Of a stretch of DNA of 41,222 nt, positions 35,377-41,222 are shown in pieces. A program made the position numbers and the translations under genes. The DNA is from a bacterium (GTDB taxonomy: Bacteria; CLD3; SB21): NCBI GenBank assembly GCA_016788215.1, contig JAEUSJ010000009.1:1-41222 (forward strand), written 5' to 3'. The notes under the pieces were generated by a model that was not told the DNA's origin, ran no database searches, and saw only the letters and a list, made by a program, of their open reading frames with translations. Each line of letters begins with the position of its first letter. Within the stretch, counting starts at the first letter, position 1.

Positions 35377-35465
35377 CGGAGAGAGTGAGATTCGAACTCA
35401 CGGCACGGGGTTAGCCGCACACACGCTTTCCAGGCGAGCCAGTTAAACCACTCCTGCATCTCTCC
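35377..35465 (-). tRNA. tRNA-Ser (anticodon GGA), type II with long variable arm, no encoded CCA
   Basis: Hand-folded from the reverse complement GGAGAGATGCAGGAGTGGTTTAACTGGCTCGCCTGGAAAGCGTGTGTGCGGCTAACCCCGTGCCGTGAGTTCGAATCTCACTCTCTCCG. Acceptor GGAGAGA/TCTCTCC; D stem CAG/CTG; anticodon loop CTGGAAA; T arm GTGAG-TTCGAAT-CTCAC; discriminator G. One U-U mismatch in the anticodon stem. Confidence 0.9.
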
Positions 35466-35469
35466 ATAG

Positions 35470-35619
35470 ATAATTTAACGTGCTTATCGGGTTGGCTCAC
35501 AAACGGAAGAGAACACTTCAGTCTGAGCGAAGTCGAAGACTGATTTTACTAAACTTGGTCATGGTTCGACTCCGCTCACCATGACGTATGTGAGTAAACC
35601 CGATAAGCACATAATTTAA
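35470..35619. mobile_element. MITE-like non-autonomous element (131 nt, 35480-35610) with 22-bp terminal inverted repeats and a flanking 9-bp direct repeat
   Basis: ATAATTTAA at 35470-35478 and 35611-35619. Left arm GTGCTTATCGGGTTGGCTCACA (35480-35501); reverse complement of the right arm (35589-35610) is GTGCTTATCGGGTTTACTCACA (20/22). Two internal perfect hairpins at 35518-35543 and 35558-35585. No ORF. Confidence 0.6.
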
Positions 35620-35668
35620 AGCGGTGCAAGATAAAAAATATCGTTATGACCTGCAAGCAATTTTTCCG

Positions 35669-37123
35669 CTAGCCGTGCTTTTTCAGTTTCTCTTTCAAAA
35701 TCTCATTGGTCATAGCGGGGTTGGCTTTGCCCTGTGATATTTTCATTACTTGCCCGACAAAATGCCCGAATAGCGCTTCCTTGCCGTTCAGATATTCTTT
35801 GACCTGGGATTGGTTGGACTCGAACATTTTATCTACCAATTTTTCGATTTCTTCACGATTTGTGATTTGCAGTAATCCCTTTTCTTTCACGATAGTATTT
35901 GGATCTGCGCCCTCTTTGCACATTTCTTCAAATACGCTTTTAGCTATTTTGCCGCTGATAGTTCCCTTAACAATGAGATCCAGCAACATACCGAGATTTT
36001 TGGGCGTCACGATGAACTGATCCGCCTCTTGTTTGTTTTCTTTCATGACAGCCATCATCTCGCTCATGATCCAGTTGCTTGCGAGTTTTGCATCTTTCAC
36101 AAATTTTAGAGTTTCTTCAAAATAATTGGCCAAAGATTTGTTTAATGTCAACACTTCGGCATCGTATTTTGGAATTCCATACTCCTTGACAAAACGGTCG
36201 CGACGCGCCTGCGGCAATTCAGATAAATTTTCTGAAACGGATTCAATCCACTCCTTCGAGACCTTTAACGGCACGAGGTCCGGTTCCGGAAAATATCGAT
36301 AATCATGCGCTTCTTCCTTGCTGCGCATGGCGCGGGATTCTCCTGCGTTGTCGTCCCACAAAAGAGTCTGTTGAATGATCTCCCCGCCTTCCCTGAGCAC
36401 TTTCGTTTGTCTTGCCATCTCATAGGCCAAAGCCCTTTCAACCGCCTTAAACGAATTCATATTCTTGAGTTCAGTTTTTGTTCCTAGTTTTTCAACGCCG
36501 ACAGGGCGCATGGATATATTCGCATCACACCGAAGGCTGCCCTCCTCCATATTTCCATCGCATATTTCGAGATACTGGACGATCTGGCGTATTTTGGTAA
36601 GATAGGCGGTCACTTCTGCGGCAGATCGAAAATCCGGTTCAGATACAATTTCAATTAACGGTGTGCCGCAGCGATTCAAATCAATAAACGTTGCATTTCC
36701 TCCCGTTACTGCGTCATCATGAATTGATTTGCCGGCATCTTCCTCGAGGTGAATACGTTTAATACCGATACGTTTAGTCTCTTCTCCAACCTCTATTTCA
36801 ATCCATCCGTGTTCACATAAGGGTTTATCGAATTGTGAAATTTGATACCCTTTGGGTAAATCAGGATAAAAATAGTTTTTCCGCGCAAATATCGATTCGG
36901 CGGCAATAATGCAGTGCGCCGCGAGTCCCATACGGATCGCAAATTCAACAGCCTGCTTATTCAGTACAGGCAGAGCGCCTGGAAGTCCCAGGCAAACCGG
37001 GCAAGTTTGTGAGTTGGGAGTTCCGCCGTACGCGGCACTGCAAGTGCAAAACGCTTTGGTATGCGTCAGCAGTTGACAATGAACTTCCAGCCCCATGACC
37101 GGTTCAAATAATTTATCACTCAT
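35669..37123 (-). CDS. gatB: Asp-tRNA(Asn)/Glu-tRNA(Gln) amidotransferase subunit B
   Basis: 484 aa. MGLEVHCQLLTHTKAFCTCS, PVCLGLPGALPVLN, NRCGTPLIEIVSEPD. Confidence 0.94.
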   Translation of the reverse strand: MSDKLFEPVMGLEVHCQLLTHTKAFCTCSAAYGGTPNSQTCPVCLGLPGALPVLNKQAVEFAIRMGLAAHCIIAAESIFARKNYFYPDLPKGYQISQFDKPLCEHGWIEIEVGEETKRIGIKRIHLEEDAGKSIHDDAVTGGNATFIDLNRCGTPLIEIVSEPDFRSAAEVTAYLTKIRQIVQYLEICDGNMEEGSLRCDANISMRPVGVEKLGTKTELKNMNSFKAVERALAYEMARQTKVLREGGEIIQQTLLWDDNAGESRAMRSKEEAHDYRYFPEPDLVPLKVSKEWIESVSENLSELPQARRDRFVKEYGIPKYDAEVLTLNKSLANYFEETLKFVKDAKLASNWIMSEMMAVMKENKQEADQFIVTPKNLGMLLDLIVKGTISGKIAKSVFEEMCKEGADPNTIVKEKGLLQITNREEIEKLVDKMFESNQSQVKEYLNGKEALFGHFVGQVMKISQGKANPAMTNEILKEKLKKHG

Positions 37124-37140
37124 AAAAAACCTGAATCAAA

Positions 37141-38415
37141 TTATATCATAAGTGTACGGTCTCGTTCCTGACCGACTGAAACAATTTTTATCTTAGCGTC
37201 TTCCATGAAATCTTCTATAAACTTCAAGTACGATCTGGCTTTCTCCGGAAGATCTGTATATTTTTTGGCGTTACTTGTCCCCGATAACCAACCTTTAACG
37301 GTTGTATACACCGGCTCAACTTTTGCAAGTTCTCCTGCATCCGTTACGGGATAATCTATTTTCACGCCATCTACTTTATAAGCAATACATATTTTCAATT
37401 CGTCTAAAGTATCCAGTACGTCCAATTTTGTTATTGCCAATTCATCAATACCATTTACCGCCATTGCATACTTTAGCTGTACAAGATCAAGCCAGCCGCA
37501 GCGCCGCGGGCGCCCGGTTACCGCACCGTACTCGCCTCCCAATTTTCTAATTTTTTCAGAAAATGTTTCATCAAACTCTGTAGGAAACGGCCCGTTTCCA
37601 ACCCGAGTGGTATAAGCTTTTGCCACGCCCATGACATGATTGATCTTTGTCGGTCCCAAACCCAAACCCGTACTTGCGCCGCCGCTGCTGGAATTTGACG
37701 AAGTCACAAATGGATAAGTACCGTGATCAATATCCAGTAGGGTACCCTGTGCGCCTTCAAGCAGGACTTCTTTGTTTGCTTTAACTGCCGTGTATAAATA
37801 AACAGCAACGTCTTTAACATATTCCTTCAGCCGATTTCCCAGTTCATGAAACTGTTTGATCATCGGCTCCGGAGCCAACTCCTCAGCGCCAAACGCTTTT
37901 AATATTTTATTTTTTTCAGATATATTTTTTTGTAGTTTTTCCGTGAGGGTCGCATGGTTCATCAGATCGATGGCTCGGATTCCGCAACGGTCAATTTTAT
38001 CCAAATAGGCCGGTCCGATCCCGCGCTGCGTGGTTCCTACCTGATTCTTCCCAAGATATTTTTCCTTTGCCTGGTCAATGAGCTTGTGATACGGAAAAAT
38101 AATGTGCGCATGCGGACTCACCATGACCCGGCCTTCCATCTTAATACCGCCCTTCGCAAGGCCATCCAACTCATCAAAGAAGGCTATCGGATCAATAACA
38201 ACGCCATTGCCGAGAATACACATCACGCCGTCGTGCAATATGCCCGAGGGTATAAGCCTCAGTATATATTTCTTATCACCGTCCCAGATCGTGTGTCCTG
38301 CATTTGCGCCGCCTTGATAGCGCGCAACGACCTGAACTTTGCTTGCAAGCAAATCTACAATTTTTCCTTTTCCTTCGTCTCCCCACTGGGCCCCAATAAT
38401 AACTCTAACCGGCAT
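37141..38415 (-). CDS. purA: adenylosuccinate synthase
   Basis: MPVRVIIGAQWGDEGKGKIVD, GTTQRGIGPAY, TGRPRRCGW. The ORF-track start at 38457 adds 14 codons that overlap the upstream terminator hairpin. The ATG at 38415 has AAGGAAG upstream. Confidence 0.93.
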   Translation of the reverse strand: MPVRVIIGAQWGDEGKGKIVDLLASKVQVVARYQGGANAGHTIWDGDKKYILRLIPSGILHDGVMCILGNGVVIDPIAFFDELDGLAKGGIKMEGRVMVSPHAHIIFPYHKLIDQAKEKYLGKNQVGTTQRGIGPAYLDKIDRCGIRAIDLMNHATLTEKLQKNISEKNKILKAFGAEELAPEPMIKQFHELGNRLKEYVKDVAVYLYTAVKANKEVLLEGAQGTLLDIDHGTYPFVTSSNSSSGGASTGLGLGPTKINHVMGVAKAYTTRVGNGPFPTEFDETFSEKIRKLGGEYGAVTGRPRRCGWLDLVQLKYAMAVNGIDELAITKLDVLDTLDELKICIAYKVDGVKIDYPVTDAGELAKVEPVYTTVKGWLSGTSNAKKYTDLPEKARSYLKFIEDFMEDAKIKIVSVGQERDRTLMI

Positions 38416-38440
38416 GATTTCTTCCTTAGAATTGATAATA

Positions 38441-38483
38441 TGCAAAAAATAACCCAAAACCTGCTGGCAGATCTTGGGTTTTG
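38441..38483 (-). terminator. Rho-independent terminator after the STAS gene
   Basis: Minus strand: AACCCAA (38480-38474) ... TTGGGTT (38457-38451), with an inner CTG/CAG pairing, followed by ATTTTTTGCA. Confidence 0.55.
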
Positions 38484-38511
38484 TACTATCATGGATTCAT
38501 TAAATTCTACA

Positions 38512-38850
38512 TCATGAGAAACTTTTTACCGCGTCATCTACGGTTTCAAATTGTTTGAAAACCGATGCCAATTTCGTAATCTGAAATATTTGCCTGATTT
38601 TCTGGGAAAGATTGCTCAATCGTAAATCGCCGCCGTTGTTTTTGACATTGGTCAGATTGCTTATTAATATACCCAACCCGGAACTGTTGATGAGGTCTAC
38701 CGATTGCAAGTTCACAATAAAGTTCTTTTTGCCTTCTTTGATCCAGCGATGGACTTCATCGTTGAGCTGCGTTGCGTCAGGTCCGCCCATGATACTTCCG
38801 CGAACTTCCATTACCACAATCCCGTTTTTTTCAAGCGTATTGAATTCCAT
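38512..38850 (-). CDS. STAS-domain anti-sigma-factor antagonist (SpoIIAA-like)
   Basis: 112 aa. ..VDLINSSGLGILIS.. carries the conserved phosphorylatable Ser context (DSSGLG-like). Confidence 0.8.
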   Translation of the reverse strand: MEFNTLEKNGIVVMEVRGSIMGGPDATQLNDEVHRWIKEGKKNFIVNLQSVDLINSSGLGILISNLTNVKNNGGDLRLSNLSQKIRQIFQITKLASVFKQFETVDDAVKSFS

Positions 38851-38923
38851 TTGAATGCTTTCCTTTGATTAGACAACAGAAACAAAATTACTTTATTTCC
38901 AGAAGCCAGTCAAGTTCAGAAAA

Positions 38924-39820
38924 TTATTTTGCTTTAGCTTTCAGGTCTTCGCCGGCCTGCCATTCGATCAATACCGGGCTGGCAACAAAGACGGAAGAAT
39001 ATGTTCCAACCAGGATGCCTGTAAGAAGCGCCCAGGCAAAAGGTCGAATCACTTCACCGCCCAGTATCAGCAGTACGATTACTGACAGCAAAGTCATGAA
39101 TGACGTCATGATCGTTCGGCTCAAAGTTTCATTTATGCTTTTGTCTACAACCTGTTCAAAAGTCAAACCTCTTTTAAGTAATCGAAGATTTTCACGAATA
39201 CGATCAAACACGACAATAGTATCATTAACAGAATATCCGACAATCGTAAGAAACGCGGCAACCGCTCCGAGTGAAAACTCCAATCGTAAAACAACAAATA
39301 CACCTAAGGTGATCAAAACGTCATGGGACAAAGCAATGACAGCGGCTAATCCCCACTTCCAGTGAAACCGGATAGCCAAATAAACAATAATAAAGAATAA
39401 ACCCCAAAGCGTGGCCCAAACGGCAGAGCTTTTTAGTTCTTCCCCGATCTTCGGCCCAACCTGGCTTACCGAACGTATTTCAGCTTGGTTAGTCGCAAAA
39501 TTGGCGTTTAACAACTTCAAAACTTCGCCGGCAACTTTGTCATTTTGTTCAATAACGTGGATCAATACGTCGTTGGGAGACCCAAAATTTTGTATACGAT
39601 CGGCGCCAAATTTACTAGATACAACCGAACGAACTTTTTCCAGCTCAACCGGTTCGTTGAATTTCACTTCGAGTGAAGTTCCACCAACAAAGTCGACACC
39701 ATAGTTCAGATCCATAACAAAAAATAAAAGCAAGCTTAATATGATCAAGCTACCCGAAACCAGATAGGCCTTGGTTCGCAGCGCCACAAAGGCATAATTC
39801 TTATTAACCAAAAACTCCAT
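38924..39820 (-). CDS. secF: protein translocase subunit SecF
   Basis: 298 aa. LNYGVDFVGGT, GYSVNDTIVVFDRIREN, six TM helices. Confidence 0.92.
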   Translation of the reverse strand: MEFLVNKNYAFVALRTKAYLVSGSLIILSLLLFFVMDLNYGVDFVGGTSLEVKFNEPVELEKVRSVVSSKFGADRIQNFGSPNDVLIHVIEQNDKVAGEVLKLLNANFATNQAEIRSVSQVGPKIGEELKSSAVWATLWGLFFIIVYLAIRFHWKWGLAAVIALSHDVLITLGVFVVLRLEFSLGAVAAFLTIVGYSVNDTIVVFDRIRENLRLLKRGLTFEQVVDKSINETLSRTIMTSFMTLLSVIVLLILGGEVIRPFAWALLTGILVGTYSSVFVASPVLIEWQAGEDLKAKAK

Positions 39821-39856
39821 TACAAATGCTCCTTACACTTTCGCGTATTATTTTTC

Positions 39857-41221
39857 TTAAACTTTTTGAGTTACTATACGGTCATAATCCACACCGATAC
39901 TGATTCGTTGTTCTATCGTTGCTCGATCGTAGATCAAATCCATCAGAACCCGTGTTACAAAAACTCCGCAGAAAATTGTTGTAATAATTCCAATCATGAG
40001 CGTCAACGCAAAACCCTTTATCGGGCCGGTACCAAACTGAAATAGCACCAAGCCGGTTCCAAAAGTGGTCAAATTAGCGTCAAGAATAGTAACAAATGCT
40101 TTTGAAAAACCCGTTTCTATTGATGCACGAACGGTTTTGCCCAGACGTATCTCCTCACGAATACGTTCGTATATCAGCACGTTGGCGTCTACCGCCATAC
40201 CCATGGTTAAAATCATACCTGCAATGCCCGGCAATGTCAAGGTAAATCCGAACCCGGTCAGAATTCCCATCAAAAAAAGCACATTGAGGACCAGCGCCAT
40301 GTCGGCAACGCCGCCTGAATTTCGATAGTAAACAATCATCGCAATAGCTACAACTATGAATGCAACCCAAAAAGCTAATTTACCGCTGTCAATCGAATCT
40401 GCGCCGAGAGAAGGACCAATGGTACGTTCTTCGATGATGTGAACGGGTGCCGGCAGAGAACCTGCGCGTAACGCTATAGCAAGACTCTTGGCTTCTTCCA
40501 TGTTATCCATGCCTGTAATCTGCGTATTCCCGCCCGATATTTTTTCAATGATATTCGGAGCCGATTGCACTTTGTCATCCAAAACTACGGCAATGCGTTT
40601 GTTAATATTCGCGCCAGTCACAACAGCCCAACGTTTGCTGCCGTCCGGAGTCATTTTCAAAGTGACGATCGGACGTCCGGCCATACCGGGATCCATTCCC
40701 TGGTAAATATCCTGTTTCGCTTCCGTAACTACCGCGCCGGATAATTCCGCTGCTTTTTTGACAACATAGGCGGCGTAAAATCCTTCATGCACTTCTTTAT
40801 TGCTGAACAAGATTTCATTGGATTCTCCGATCGCGGCCTGCACGCCCGGTTTAATTTTTGTGCGGTCGCCGACTTTCATAAATAGCAATGACTTTACGAA
40901 TTCCAGATTTTGCGCAGCAACATAAAAATCATAACCTGTTTGGCCGATCTGTTGTCCGATAATATATTGTGTAAAAGGTTTGGCTCCGGACTGGACACCC
41001 GCAGTATCTGTTTTTGCGGTATCGCTTTCAGGTTTAAGCAATTCAGCCGAAAGGCCGCTTAACTTGGTAGTATCTTTGTCAATCTTTGTAATTGAATCCT
41101 TCGTCACATTTTGGGCATCGAGCGTATCAATTCGCGCAAAATACGTATCCAGTCTTTCGAATATGTTACCGGCATCCTGCGGGTCACGGAGCAGCTTGAA
41201 TTCGAGCAGTGCCGTTTGCTG
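39857..41221 (-). CDS. secD: protein translocase subunit SecD, C-terminal ~455 codons (N-terminus beyond the right edge)
   Basis: GPSLGADSI, GIAGMILTMGMAVDANVLIYERIREE. I checked that the frame stays open from the ORF-track GTG (41107) to the window end (...QQTALLEFKLLRDPQDAGNIF...), so the gene is truncated by the window. Confidence 0.9.
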   Translation of the reverse strand, partial: QQTALLEFKLLRDPQDAGNIFERLDTYFARIDTLDAQNVTKDSITKIDKDTTKLSGLSAELLKPESDTAKTDTAGVQSGAKPFTQYIIGQQIGQTGYDFYVAAQNLEFVKSLLFMKVGDRTKIKPGVQAAIGESNEILFSNKEVHEGFYAAYVVKKAAELSGAVVTEAKQDIYQGMDPGMAGRPIVTLKMTPDGSKRWAVVTGANINKRIAVVLDDKVQSAPNIIEKISGGNTQITGMDNMEEAKSLAIALRAGSLPAPVHIIEERTIGPSLGADSIDSGKLAFWVAFIVVAIAMIVYYRNSGGVADMALVLNVLFLMGILTGFGFTLTLPGIAGMILTMGMAVDANVLIYERIREEIRLGKTVRASIETGFSKAFVTILDANLTTFGTGLVLFQFGTGPIKGFALTLMIGIITTIFCGVFVTRVLMDLIYDRATIEQRISIGVDYDRIVTQKV

Positions 41222-41222
41222 A

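Noticed and set aside
35558-35585. GGTTCGACTCC inside the MITE-like element resembling a tRNA/tmRNA T-arm
   Set aside because: The bases flanking the TTCGACT loop do not form a 5-bp T stem (CATGG versus CCGCT). There is no acceptor or anticodon arm. The segment is better explained as the loop of hairpin B.
38416-38457. 14-codon N-terminal extension of purA (MGYFLHIINSKEEI)
   Set aside because: It overlaps the terminator stem-loop of the upstream STAS gene. The Met at 38415 matches the conserved PurA N-terminus and has a Shine-Dalgarno-like AAGGAAG.
37954-39365. 187-aa (37954-38517) and 166-aa (38865-39365) plus-strand ORFs
   Set aside because: They are antisense to purA/STAS and to secF respectively. 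Their products are Ser/Thr/Asn/Ile-rich with no motifs, and the real genes on the minus strand fully explain the region.
1-41222. CRISPR arrays, integrases, transposases, toxin-antitoxin pairs or known defence-system signature genes
   Set aside because: I saw no regularly spaced direct repeats and no ORFs with recombinase, transposase or defence signatures. Apart from the MITE-like element and the lone HNH gene, the window looks like core chromosome.

Overview
Chromosomal window, moderately AT-rich by eye, from a diderm (Gram-negative) bacterium, shown by the uppS-bamA-skp-skp-lpxD block. AGGAG-like ribosome-binding sites precede several genes. The lineage cannot be fixed from sequence alone; two tandem OmpH/Skp genes and a PEGA-domain kinase hint weakly at the FCB group (Fibrobacteres-Chlorobi-Bacteroidetes). 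Content is almost entirely tightly packed housekeeping genes in three strand blocks: minus 1-25007, plus 25141-32873, minus 32941-41222. I call 40 CDS (two run off the window edges), one tRNA-Ser(GGA), three intrinsic terminators and three tentative promoters. There is no CRISPR array, transposase, integrase or recognisable defence island, and I cannot point to a convincing complete novel system. The most unusual item is a 131-nt MITE-like element (35480-35610). It has 22-bp terminal inverted repeats, a 9-bp flanking direct repeat, and two internal hairpins that share a 12-nt loop but have unrelated stems. It sits 4 nt upstream of the tRNA. The best candidate for an uncharacterised functional module is a translationally packed envelope cluster (5638-15683): PEGA Ser/Thr kinase, AhpD-like protein, lipoprotein, polytopic HExxH+TPR protein, BNR-propeller/M23 peptidase and S41 Ctp protease. 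Other points: a G8 tract inside the M23 gene; a ScpA kleisin with a roughly 310-aa acidic tail ending in a basic amphipathic helix; and a GrdB-like protein that seems to lack the redox residues. All protein calls rest on motif recognition by eye, with no database search.
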